Both the position numbers and the translations under genes were made by a program. DNA of 64,000 bases from Phaeosaccion multiseriatum (Eukaryota; Protista; Ochrophyta, other classes), in NCBI GenBank assembly GCA_965112735.1, contig OZ218963.1, forward strand, positions 992,001 to 1,056,000, written 5' to 3'. The notes under the pieces are model-generated. The model was not told the origin of the DNA. It made no database searches and saw only the letters and a list, made by a program, of their open reading frames with translations. Numbering within the stretch: position 1 is the first letter of the stretch; each line of letters starts with the position of its first letter. Positions 27,793 through 40,195 of this stretch are shown here, piece after piece.

Positions 27793-29117
27793 GGCTTTTG
27801 TGGGCCAAACGCAGCCCGAACGACGCGACTGCTGGCACCAACCTACCCGTGCCGGTCATCGGCTCGGCACAACAGGCCCAACTGAGATACTACATTGCCA
27901 CAACAGCGTCAAGTCGGGCTTCAAATGGGCTCAAAAAGGCCTAAAGCCCGCATCTGTGGACCACGCACAGCCCGAACGACACGGTTGCTGGCCACAACAA
28001 ACCCGCGTTGCGCATCGGCTCAGCACAGCAGGCCCAACTGAGATACTCCATGGCCACAATAGCGTCAAGTCGGGCCTCCGATGGGCCCAACGTGCCAAAC
28101 CTGGCTCTTCGCTGGGCTCAAGAGGCCCAAAGCCGGCATTTGTGGGCCAAACGCAGCCCGAACGACGCGACTGCTGGCACCAACCTACCCGTGCCGTCCT
28201 TCGGCTCGGCACAACAGGCCAAACTGAGATACTACATCGCCACAACAGCGTCAAGTCGGGCTTCAAATGGGCTCAAAAAGGCCTAAAGCCCGCATCTGTG
28301 GACCACGCACAGCCCGAACGACACGGTTGCTGGCCACAACAAACCCGCGTTGCGCATCGGCTCATCACAGCAGGCCCAACTGAGATACTCCATGGCCACA
28401 ACAGCGTCAAGTCGGGCCTCCGATGGGCCCAACGTGCCAAACCTGGCTCTTCGCTGGGCTCAAGAGACCCAAAGCCGGCATTTGTGGGCCAAACGCAGCC
28501 CGAACGACGCGACTGCTGGCACAAACCTACCCGTACCGGTCATCGGCTCGGCACATCAGGCCCAACTGAGATACTACATTGCCACAACAGCGTCAAGTCG
28601 GGCTTCAAATGGGCTCAAAAAGGCCTAAAGCCCGCATCTGTGGACCACGCACAGCCCGAACGACACGGTTGCTGGCCACAACAAACCCGCGTTGCGCATC
28701 GGCTCATCACAGCAGGCCCAACTGAGATACTGCATGGCCACAACAGCGTCAAGTCGGGCCTCCGATGGGCCCAACGTGCCAAACCTGGCTCTTCGCTGGG
28801 CTCAAGAGACCCAAAGCCGGCATTTGTGGGCAAAACGCAGCCCGAACGACGCGACTGCTGGCACCAACCTACCCGTGCCGGTCAACAGCTCGGCACAACA
28901 GGCCCAACTGAGATACTACATTGCCACAACAGCGTCAAGTCGGGCTTCAAATGGGCTCAAAAAGGCCTAAAGCCCGCATCTGTGGACCACGCACAGCCCG
29001 AACGACACGGTTGCTGGCCACAACAAACCCGCGTTGCGCATCGGCTCAGCACAGCAGGCCCAACTGAGATACTCCATGGCCACTACAGCGTCAAGTCGGG
29101 CCTCCGATGGGCCCAAC

Positions 29118-30651
29118 TTGCCGCTCCACACGCAAACTCGAGGCGCCAACCACGATCAAAGGGCTCTCCGGTTCCTTCCAACAGCCCGAATAGCTGCCTT
29201 CGCATCCATGCTGCCACCTTTGACGCTCGTACTATTTGCTTTGCGGTTGCTGTTTGTCCTGAGAGCTGAGCCTCCATCGGACCCCCCCCCTCCCCCTCCC
29301 ATGCGTTCGAGATGGTGAGGGAGGTACAGCTGTAGTCCGTCTCCTTCCCTTCGCCGCTCCTCGGCCCGATATGTCTCTCGGATGTAGCTGCCGGAGGTGA
29401 GCCGTGCGAGCTCCCGTATCGAAGGTCAGCTACGCCCCCACCCATCCAGAGAGACTGCAGGCAAGCTCAGTGGCGACCACGTACGCCTCTTTCTGGCCAT
29501 ACTGCTGTTGTAGGTGGGAGACACTCCAACAACAAGGGAGGTACACTTAAACACGCAGACGTACACAAACATTCGCAGGCACACAGATATAGACAAAGGC
29601 ACAATACAGGGACACCAGCACCCACAAACGCACACTAGCACACACAGACGCAGACCAGCACACACAGATACAAACACACATCGTGTGTAGGGGCAGTGAC
29701 CACGGCTGCTGTTGCCTAGGACTGCCCCGCCCGCCGTTGAGGGCCGGAATGGCGAGGGATGAGCCGCTGTTGTCACCGCGCGCAGAGCCAGCCTCCTTTG
29801 CGGAGGAGGCGCATATTCGCACGCCAAACACAGGAAATACGCACCCTACACACAGAAACACCGTCTGGACATACACACACAAACATACAGACAAACACCT
29901 GGAAGAGCTAAGGGGCCTGCCGTCACCCGGGAGCCCCTTTCGTCTCGTAAAAAGACAAAAAATGCCGTAGACCACACCCCCCAAACCTTGGGCCACGGGA
30001 GAGAGGAGAGGGCGGAGAGATGAGTAGGGCGTCGGCCTCAACACCGGACGCGGATCCTACGGCGATACCAGCAAGGAAGAAAGGGCGAAGAGGGCAAAAG
30101 GCGCCGGCACTCAACACCGGGGAGGCGGTCGGCACTCAACACCAGACACCGCTCCTAAGCCGTAGAGCCCCACAACACCGGCAAAGGGAAAGAAAAGAAG
30201 AGTTCCGGCACTCAACACCGTGGACACTGTCGGCACTCAACACCAGACACAGTCTCCCTATCTCTCCTTCCCTCGCCCACGAGGACCCCGGCACTCAACA
30301 CCAGGCGGGTCCCCTTGGCCGACACAAGCGCTCTGTCCGGGCCCAGGACAAGAGGCTCGCTTTCCACCACACCAGTATCTACTCTCCTCCTTGACAGTGT
30401 GCTCCACTCTTCCTGGGCTCTGTCTCCGCCGCCTCAGTAAGTGACAGCACACGCCAAGGTCTCTCCTCTTCTGAAAAATCTAAATTCCCTGCTTCACTGA
30501 CATACTGTACATCTCCCCAGAGGGGACCCCCCCCCTTGGGGCGGTACCAAGCACCTACGCTGACGCTTCGCCCTGCTGGCTCCCATGTCTCCCACCTCTT
30601 CCTCGTCTCTGTTCCGCGAGAAACACAGTTCCGTTGCTGCGCTGCTGAACA
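29118..30651. repeat. 1534-bp spacer element in satellite, copy 3
   Basis: Offset 2859 bp from copy 2; only scattered substitutions seen. Confidence 0.9.
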
Positions 30652-31654
30652 GGCTTTTGTGGGCCAAACGCAGCCCGAACGACGCGACTGCTGGCACCAA
30701 CCTACCCGTGCCGGTCATCGGCTCGGCACAACAGGCCCAACTGAGATACTACATTGCCACAACAGCGTCAAGTCGGGCTTCAAATGGGCTCAAAAAGGCC
30801 TAAAGCCCGCATCTGTGGACCACGCACAGCCCGAACGACACGGTTGCTGGCCACAACAAACCCGCGTTGCGCATCGGCTCAGCACAGCAGGCCCAACTGA
30901 GATACTCCATGGCCACTACAGCGTCAAGTCGGGCCTCCGATGGGCCCAAAGTGCCCAACCTGGCTCTTCGCTGGGCTCAAGAGGCCCAAAGCCGGCATTT
31001 GTGGGCCAAACGCAGCCCGAACGACGCGACTGCTGGCACCAACCTACCCGTGCCGTCCTTCGGCTCGGCACAACAGGCCCAACTGAGATACTACATCGCC
31101 ACAACAGCGTCAAGTCGGGCTTCAAATGGGCTCAAAAAGGCCTAAAGCCCGCATCTGTGGACCACGCACAGCCCGAACGACACGGTTGCTGGCCACAACA
31201 AACCCGCGTTGCGCATCGGCTCATCACAGCAGGCCCAACTGAGATACTGCATGGCCACAACAGCGTCAAGTCGGGCCTCCGATGGGCCCAACGTGCCAAA
31301 CCTGGCTCTTCGCTGGGCTCAAGAGACCCAAAGCCGGCATTTGTGGGCCAAACGCAGCCCGAACGACGCGACTGCTGGCACAAACCTACCCGTACCGGTC
31401 ATCGGCTCGGCACTTCAGGCCCAACTGAGATACTACATTGCCACAACAGCGTCAAGTCGGGCTTCAAATGGGCTCAAAAAGGCCTAAAGCCCGCATCTGT
31501 GGACCACGCACAGCCCGAACGACACGGTTGCTGGCCACAACAAACCCGCGTTGCGCATCGGCTCAGCACAGCAGGCCCAACTGAGATACTGCATGGCCAC
31601 AATAGCGTCAAGTCGGGCCTCCGATGGGCCCAAAGTGCCCAACCTGGCTCTTCG

Positions 31655-34600
31655 TTATTTTCTTTTGTTTGCTGAACTAGTTGGTGATAATGATTTGCTG
31701 CTTTGCTTGCTGATGGATGCCTGGGGTTTTGGACTTTGTTTCTTTCCCCATTGTTTTGCTATAGTTCTATTAGAGGTTTGTGTGTGAGCTGCTCCTTTTC
31801 GCCCCACAGTTTTCTCAGTCCTTGGCTGGTTGGCCTCGGTCTTGGGGGGGGGAAGTTGTGGAGTCTCAAAGGTGTTTGGTATGTTCGAATCCGGATTGTC
31901 GCCAGTTGGGGAACGTACGCCTCATATGAACGGCATGTCGCAGGAGGAGGATAGATAGGAAAGTGAGATACAGGAAGGAAAGTTAATACACGCTCAGCAT
32001 AGGATACGAACCCCTTGCTTGTTGGTTGTCTGGGGTGTGTGGTCTATCCCACATACCAGGTGGCTCACTTGCCCAAGACCGTGCCCTCTCCGCCAAGGAA
32101 TCTGATGTCGCCCTCCGTCGCGCTTCCCGTGACGCCGAGGCCCTTGCCCTCTCGGAGGCGACCTGCACTGAATCCAAAGGTAAAGAAATTCCCACTGCTG
32201 CCCTCCTATCTGCTCAACAGAGGCACCGCCAGAGGGCAGCAGTGGGAATTTCTTTACCTTTGGTTTCAGTGCAGGTCGCCTCCGAGAGGGCAAGGGCCTC
32301 GGCGTCACGGGAAGCGCGACGGAGGGCGACAGCAGATTCCTTGGCGGAGAGGGCACGGTCTTGGGCAAGCTTGTCGAGGTCGAGTTGGGACGCCAACTCC
32401 CGATGACGCTGGCGGTCTCGGGTGGCAGCCATGCGCTCTTCCAACTCCATGCGGTGGGCGGCGAGTTCCACGTCGCGGAGCTCCTGAGTCGCAGTGGCTT
32501 GGGGCCTCGTCGCAGAGCAGTGAGCACCCCCAGTCCCGCTTCACCCCCACCCATCCGAGTACCCACCAGTGCGCTGTGGCCGCAGCAGCACTTGCCCCAG
32601 CCTCGTCATGAGCCCACTCTCCCGATCGTAGTCGGCCTCAAAGTACCTGCATGTAATCCGCCTCCTTCCTTGACCGCTCCTCGGTCCAGGGTGCCTCTCG
32701 GGTGTAGCCACCGGCGGAGAATTGTACGAGCCCTTATTGTATCGCAGGCCAGCCACGTCCCCACCCGCCCAGGGACAACGTGGTGCCGTACGGTGGTGAG
32801 GCTCGCCTGTTCCTAGCCGAACCCCGCGGCCGCGACGTACGCCTCCATCTGGGCCTCCATCACATCCCCTCCCCTCCTCCTACGCGCCCGAGAAGCGGTG
32901 AGGGAGGTGCAGCTGGGACCTGTCTTCTTCCCTCGACCGCTCCCCGGCCCAATGTGTCTCTCGGATATAGCTGTCACGTGAGGGCTGTGCGAGCTCTCGT
33001 ATCGAAGGCCAGCTACGCCCCCACCCATCCAGAGACAAACCACATGGTATCACATGGTGGTGTGGCTTGCCTTCAACCGGTCGAGCCCCGCAGCCGCCAC
33101 GAACGCCTCAAGCTGGCCCTCTGTCGGACCCTCCCTCGTCCGGTGTAGGGCTGCCGCTGCTGTTGCCAAGGGCTGCCCTCGCCGCTGCTGGGGGAGGAAT
33201 GATGGCGAGGGAGGAGCCGCTGTTGTCGCCACGGGCAGAGTCAGTATCCTTTGAAGAGGTCCCTTCGCACGCCCCCTGCTGACCATCACACACACCCCAC
33301 TCGCTTGGGATGGTGTGCTGGGGGGGGAGGCGAGCCACTGAGCCAATTACACTGCGCGGTCCACTGGCAATTAGCAAGGCTAGCATAAGCAGCAAAGCGC
33401 GCCCCAACCAGCAAATTCAAATTGTTTTCGGAATGACAGATCCAAAAATGTCCATATAACCAACCCCTGTAGAAAAGCCGAAAATGCCCTCACAGAAGCA
33501 CTCATGTTTTCCACTCCAAGCTCCTCGAACATCAACTCGTAGAAGCTACCCTTCTGCATACGCCGTACCAACACCACTCCGCTGCGATTCCAATCGTGCG
33601 CCGCGAACTTCCGCTGTACCAGCTGAACAATACAACAAATGCAAAACACCGCGGTGCTGCGGTCCCGAAAAACGAACAAGTCCAATATCTCAAGCGCTGC
33701 TGCACCAATCCGTCGACCACCGAGCACGATAGCCAGAGGGCAATCCATCCATACTGCCGCAAGTAAGTCGCGCAAGCACAGCGAACTACAAGCCCTGTTC
33801 TCTCCCATTCCCCCCGTTCACACCGCTCACGAACCCCAACGCCGAAAAATCCATCACCGCTTCTCTGCATCACAGGCAGGCCCCAAATTCCGCTCCATAG
33901 CTGTTGTGAACGACCAAACGTCATGCCTCCGCCGTCGATTACAGATAAGTGGCCACATTGCATAATGCCCCAATTTCCTTCAGCACCGGTCGGTACATCT
34001 GTGCCCACTCCGTAGATGGGCACCAAAGGCTGCTGTGCTTCCCGAATTGCAAGTGCCGTACACTTCCAATGCCGCCTTCCAAATTCCAATGCCTCCCTTG
34101 CATGCTGCGCCCCTCCTGTCGCCCATCGCCTCACTGTTATGGCCACAGGTTCAATATCCGCTCCACACGCAAACTCGAGACGCTAACCACCATCGAAGTG
34201 CTCCCCGGATCCTTCCAACAGCCCGAATAGCTGCCTTCGTATCCATGCTGCCACCGTTGACGCTCGTACTAACTGCCTTGCTGTTGCTGCTTGTCCTGAG
34301 AGCCCAGTTGCACCACTGCCGCCGTCCTTCTCCTCCGTGTGCCCCCCCGCACCCCCCCAACACGAAAAACAGCAGAGCTCCGAGCGATTTGGAGCAGGAA
34401 TGCTGACCGCCACGCGTACCAAGCGGAATACCCCCACATGTAGGGGGGCTGGGGCCCCAACAAATACATGGTCTCTGTTGCTGTTGCCGTAATCGGTACC
34501 TGGCGCCTTGTTTCTCGAAAAGGTGAAAAATCAGGGGAGGTCGTGTGGGGCCATAGTACAGCCGCTACACCGGCCCGCCTGCCGCCTTGAAGCCAAGAGG

Positions 34601-35566
34601 AGAAGTCTCTGCTGATCTTGAAAGGGCTGTGGGAGCCGGGTGCCGAAGAAGCTGGGGCGGCGTGTGGCTGTTCCAAAAGTCGTAAATACAAAAAATGCCG
34701 TGCCACCCCCCACACCTTGGGCCACGGGAGAGAGGAGAGAGCGGAGAGATGAGTAGGGCGTCGGCCTCAACACCGAAAACGTATCCTACGGCGATACCAG
34801 CAAGGAAGAAAGGGCGAAGAGGGCAAAAGGCGCCGGCACGCAACACTGTGAAGGCGGTCGGCACGCACCAACACCAGACACCGCTTGTCCCAAGCCATAG
34901 AGCCCCGCAACACCGGCAAGGGAAAGAAAAGAAGAGTTCGGCACGCAACACCGTGGAGACTGTCGGCACGCAACACCAGACACAGTCTTCCTAGCTCTTC
35001 CTCCCTCTTAAAGAGGAACACGGCTCGCAACACCAGGCGGATCCCCTTAGCCAACACAAGCGCTCTGTCCGGGCCCAGGACAAGAGGCTCGCTTTCCACC
35101 ACACCAGTATCTACTCTCCTCCATGGCAGTGTGCTCCACTCTTCCTGGGCTCTGTCTCCGCCGCCTCAGTAAGTGACAGCACACGCCAAGGTCCATTAAA
35201 AAATTTAAATTCCTTCACTGACATACTGTACATCTCCCCACGGGGACCAGGGGACCCCTGCCATTAACACACCATCGGTCTCTACTCTCCTCCCTGCTTG
35301 TACACGCTCCCGCACCTGCTCTCTATATCTCCTTCAATCACGGTAGGGTGGCGAGTACAGCAGGGCTCCTCCTCTTCTGAGCTCCAGCGGAAAATCCAAA
35401 TCCGTTGTTTTCCATCTGCTGCCATAAATATATTCTATCCTACCAGCTCCCTCGGGGTCCACACACGCGCTCACGCTCCACCCCCCCTCGGCTCTCAATA
35501 CCCTGTTTCTCCGTCGACTCCACTCCGCGAGAACAGAACTTCCGTGGCTTCGCTGCTGAAGCAGCG
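31655..35566. mobile_element. 3.9-kb degenerate element related to the 1.53-kb spacer
   Basis: Interrupts the satellite. About 34158-34300, 32860-33035, 33140-33260 and 34690-35245 align by eye with parts of 17587-19120. Short coiled-coil-like ORF remnant at 32214-32471 (-). No intact transposase or RT seen. Confidence 0.55.
32068..32369. repeat. 138-bp inverted repeat with 26-nt loop
   Basis: 32068-32205 is the reverse complement of 32232-32369 with 2 mismatches. Confidence 0.95.
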
Positions 35567-37140
35567 AAGTCGGGCTTCAAATGGGCTCCAAAAGGCCTAA
35601 AGCACGCATCTGTGGGCCACACACAGCCCGAACGACGCGACTGCTGGCACCAGCATACCCGTGCCGGTCATCGGCTCGGCAAACAGGCCCAACTGCGATA
35701 CCACACTGCCACAACAGCGCCAAATCGGGCATCCAATGGGCTGAAAAAGCCCAAAGCCCGCATCTGTGGGACAAACACAGCCCGAACGACACGGTTGCTG
35801 GGCACAACAAACCCGCGCAGCGCATCGGCTCAGCACAGCGGGCCCAACTGAGATACTCCATGGCCACAATAGCGTCAAGTCGGGCCTCCGATGGGCCCAA
35901 CGTGCCAAACCTGGCTCTTCGCTGGACTCAACAGGGCCAAAGCCGGCATTTGTTGGCCACACACAGCCCGAACGACACGGTTGCTGGCCACAACAAACCC
36001 GCGCCGCGCATCGGCTCAGCACAGCGGGCATAACTGAGATACTTCATTCCCACAACAGCGCCAAGTCGGGCTTCAAGTGGGCTCAAAAAGGCCTAAAGCC
36101 CGCATCTGTGGGCCACACACAGCCCGAACGACACGGTTGCTGGCCACAACAAACCCGCGCCGCGCATCGGCTCAGCACAGCAGGCCCAACTGAGATACTA
36201 CATTGCCACAATAGCGTCAAGTCGGGCCTCCGATGGGCCCAACGTGCCAAACCTGGCTCTTCGCTGGGCTCAAAAGGCCCAAAGCCGGCATTTTTGGGCC
36301 ACACGCAGCCCGAACGACACGACTGCTGCCACCAGCATACCCGTGCCGGTCATCGGCTCAGCACAGCAGGCATAACTGAGATACTACATTGCCACAACAG
36401 CGTCAAGTCGGGCCTGTGATGGGCCCAAAGTGCGCAACCTGTCTCGTCGCTGGGCTCAACAGGACCAAAGCTGGCGTTTGTGGGCCACACGCAGCCCGAA
36501 CGACGCGACTGCTGGCACCAGTATATCCGGGCCGGTCATAGGCTCAGCACAGCAGGGATAACTGAGATACTACAATGCCACAACAGCGTCAAGTCGGGCC
36601 TCCGATGGGCCCAAAGTGCCCAACCTGGCTCTTCGCTGGACTCAACAGGCCCAAAGCCGGCATTTGTGGGCCACACAGAGCCCGAACGACACGGTTGCTG
36701 GCCACAACAAACCCGCATCGCGCATCGGCCCAGCACAACAGGCCCAACTGAGATACTACATTGCCACAACAGCGCCAAGTCGGGCTTCAAATGGGCTCAA
36801 AAAGGCCTAAAGCCCGCATCTGTGGGCCACACGCAGCCCGAACGACACGGTTGCTGGCCACAACAAACCCGCGTTGCGCATCGGCTCATCACAGCAGGCC
36901 CAACTGAGATACTGCATCGCCACAACGACGCCAAGTGGGGCCTTCAATATGCTCAAATGGCTCAAATTGGCACTTTGCTGGGTCCAAAGCCTGCATTTGC
37001 GGGGCACAAACAGCGTGAACGAGGCACTTCTAGCCTCACAGTACCCGTACCCGCAATGGTCCAGCATGTTACGTCCAAACAAGGCAATCGTTGGGCACAA
37101 GGGCTCTTTGTTGGGCCCAAGCCAGCGTTTGCAGGCTATG
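35567..37140. repeat. Diverged, older copies of the satellite monomers
   Basis: Same motifs with many substitutions, indels, an in-frame TGA (36417-36419) and irregular A/B order; decays beyond about 36930. Confidence 0.9.
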
Positions 37141-37340
37141 CGACAGGCTATGGATAGCCTGGACGAGGCACTCACTAGCCATGAAATACCTGCGCAGGGC
37201 ACTGGCGCAGCACGAAGCCACTCGGGGGGGGGGGGCGGGAAAAAGCGACAAAGCGAAAAAGCCGAAAACGGCCAACTGTGAGGATTGAAGTACCACCTTT
37301 TTTTCTCCATTTTCCTTCCTCTCTACAGTTAGTACACTGT

Positions 37341-38304
37341 ATGACTTCTTTGCGTGCGTTGGCTCATGTTCGTAACCCAGAGAGGTGAGGTGTTTGGCTG
37401 AATATAGGTTTCCTTCGTTGTCTTATTTCCGCATCCTCGTGCAATGCCCCCTTTCCTCCTCGAAGGATCGTTCTCTGTGTGGACATCGGCCACGAGATGG
37501 GCCTCCCATGGGAAGTGAAGGGTGGTGATTCATCGCTGCCGGGGGATGCTGCTCGCAGCCGACTTGATGTGGCAACGACTGCACTGAAGGGATTTCTGAG
37601 GAGGAAGGGGGAGTTTGACCAGCACCAGGTAAGAGAGGGGGGGGGGGGTGTGGTAGAGAAGTCGGTATGCCATGCAAGGCGTATGTCGACCCAATGCGAT
37701 GCGTGTCCTTCTCTCACAAAGAACACCTCCTCATTCCGCCATACTACTTGCTCACTTGCGTCAGTTTGCGCTGGTAACATTCGGAGACCGTGCGAGATGG
37801 GTGTCAAACTTTACCTCGGATGTGAAGCGGGTTGTGTCTGAGGTGGACGCTCTTCAGGTGGAGGCCGAGTCGGGTCTTGGCTTTGACTTCAGCAAGATGT
37901 TTCGCGTTTTGGAAGAGAATTTGAAGCTCCCCGATGCTCTCGATGCTGAGCAATGCCGTGGTGTGACGAGAGCTCTGGTGCTGTATGGTCGGTCTCAAAT
38001 GGTCCCGATCATGACGTCGCACTTCAGCTGCCTGGAGCATCCTGACTTCTTCTTGGACTGCCTGTATATGCATGACAAGAAGACAAGAGCAGACTGCATG
38101 GCGCAGGACATTTATGATTTTCTTACTCAGTTGGAGCCCAAGTCGCCCCAAAAACAATCCTACTTTATTGATTTCTCCAGCGGAGCGATGCGCCGATTCA
38201 ATGTGGCCATTGCCCTCATGCTAACACATCCGGCGCAGAGGGACTTGCAGGAAGACGTGGAACAGAAGATGGACAAGGATCTAGATTTCATCGCGGCGAC
38301 TTAG
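37341..38304 (+). CDS. BABAM1: BRISC/BRCA1-A complex member 1 (MERIT40/NBA1)-like vWA protein; exons 37341-37384, 37466-37628, 37765-38304
   Basis: The spliced product has PERIVLCVD..EM, SRLDV, FALV....A.W.S.FTSD, R.LVLYGRS, P.FF.D.LY.H and L.HP.QR, matching recalled MERIT40 motifs. GT-AG introns are in phase. The start codon is uncertain. Confidence 0.85.
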
Positions 38305-38358
38305 GAGAGAGGTGGCGGTGAAGCCTGCAAAAGAGTCTTCTCTATTCGGTATGCTTCG

Positions 38359-40076
38359 CTACAACTGCCACTTTCCCCTACTGCTGGCGGCCTGAGGCCC
38401 TTTGCTGCTGCTGCAGCCAAGCTGCTGCGGACGATGTGTACTAGTGCCAGCACTGCTGGCCGGCGGGACTTGACACCGCGTGCCTGGATCGGTATCGAAG
38501 GAAGCCGATTCCGCGGTCTCTGAGACGGAAGGGGCTTTCGTGGGCGCACGGGCTGCCTTCTCCTTTACTTTGATCTCCTCCACAACGGCCCGACAGCATT
38601 GTTGGATCTTGATGGCGTCGGGCTTTTTGCTGGACGCGGACTCACTGAGAAGCTGGGCCTGCTGCGCTGTTGCACTGTTGAAGGGGAATATCTTCTGGAA
38701 GCCGCTCTTGCACTTGATCTCCCTGGCATCATCCCCCTGGGGACCTGGATCCCCGCCGTGTCCGCTGCTGGGTGCAGGTACGCTTGGTGCTCTCCGGTCT
38801 GTGCTGCTGTCCTTCAATCCACCCTCATGTGGACTGGGTGCTGAGTCTCTCGCTGCACACGATGATCTCCTGCTGGTCCGTTTGCCTCCAAGGGTGCTTT
38901 GCTCCAAGGGAAAGCCGAGGAGGTCGATCACGTCGGCGATAAGTGGAGCCTTGACCTGGCGGTCTACAGGCCCATCCAGACCCAGGGCAGGAGAGCAATT
39001 CACCTCCAGTAGCCACGGTCTGAGAGACGAATCAAGCATGATGTCAAAGCCGAAGAGCTCGAAACTGCTTGCCGAAGCTGCTTTAGGCACGACAGGCGCC
39101 AGGGGAAGCAGGGTCAAGTTGATGATATTGACTATCCTCGCCCACGTGGCATCCCACTGCTCTCTTCCATCCGCGAAAGATTCGAAGAACCAGTTTTGCA
39201 GCTGCTTGAGGGTCCACTTGCAGCCCCCCCCAATCACATCCTTTTGCATATGCATGTCAGGCGCATGCTTGTTAATGGAGCTGTTTGTCAAGTGGGAGTA
39301 CAAGTCGCCCAGGTCACTCCCGTGGTACTTTGATGTGGCGAAGCGTACCAAGGCATCGTGGTACAGCCACACTGTCATCGGGTGAAACGAGGTGACAAGG
39401 ATATAGAGCCGCAGGTCGAACTTGTATCCACCCAAAGTGAAGGGATGACGAATGTACTGTATGTGTTTTTAGGAGAGAAGGGAGACACAGAGCACAAGGT
39501 TAGTCAAGTTGCTAGACTCATCAGCAACAGCAACAACAACAACAACAAGAGAGTGAATGATATCAACCCCTCCCCGGCTGCCGTGGCCACAAAGACCTTG
39601 CCTTTTGGATGATAGACTGCTGGTCATAGGCCAAATCGTCGAGGTTGCGAATGATGAATATTTTGCGGCCCCGGCTGGAATCGTGAGGTTTGACTATCCA
39701 CAGATTCGCCATGTCGTCCCCCCCCTCCACCACCGCCTCCTTCGTGTACTCTGCAATAAACTTTGTGTATTCGCTGGGCAAGATAAAGCTGGTAGGATGA
39801 AAGCCGTAGAGCGTTCCGTGAGCAGACCGCATACTCCTCATCGTTCGCAAGAGTGCGTCCTTCATGGTGATGAGCGATGACTTCGGAAAGTGGTTGACGC
39901 GCTGGAGAAGTCGGGCGCTGCGGTGATACTCGGAGGGCTTGAATCTAGCCGAGCGCCACTGCAGGTCCCAGGCGTCTTCCTCGTCCTTGTCTTCATCCCA
40001 CTGGCGCCACCCTTTCCCATCCAAAATTTCCTTGAGGACCGGAGGACTCTGCTCAGGCACTCGATAGACAACGCGG

Positions 40077-40121
<45 letters not shown>

Positions 40122-40195
40122 AACGTTCGAATTTGCTCCTCGTCCTTGTCATCCTTCGTCTCCTCCTGCTGCTCCCGCTCCTCCCCATTCTCCAT
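38359..40195 (-). CDS. TTLL2: Tubulin polyglutamylase, TTLL2-like; exons 40195-39602, 39456-38359 (GC-AG intron)
   Basis: TTL motifs WIVKP..SSRGRKI, QKYI..P....GYKFDLRLYILVTSF.P, HLTNSSINK, VIG.GCKWTL and FELFGFDIMLD..L.PWLLEVN.SPAL; N-terminal polyQ from (CAG)n. Confidence 0.9.

Larger units (their letters stand above)
14610..31654. repeat. 342-bp dimeric tandem satellite (186-bp A + 156-bp B subunits), about 36 dimers in four blocks
   Basis: ORF track recurs every 342 bp. Blocks are 14610-17586, 19121-26258, 27793-29117 and 30652-31654. A and B subunits are homologous (shared CAGCCCGAACGAC, GGCCCAACTGAGATACT, AGCGTCAAGTCGGGC). Confidence 0.97.

Noticed and set aside
31823-31905. tRNA/SINE-like A-box (TGGCTGGTTGG) and B-box (GTTCGAATCC), or a PBS on the minus strand
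   Set aside because: No T-stem or acceptor-stem pairing, CCA spacing is wrong, and there is no LTR pair.
14610-37140. Hammerhead ribozyme in the satellite or spacer
   Set aside because: No CTGANGA...GAAA core with supporting stems was found by eye.
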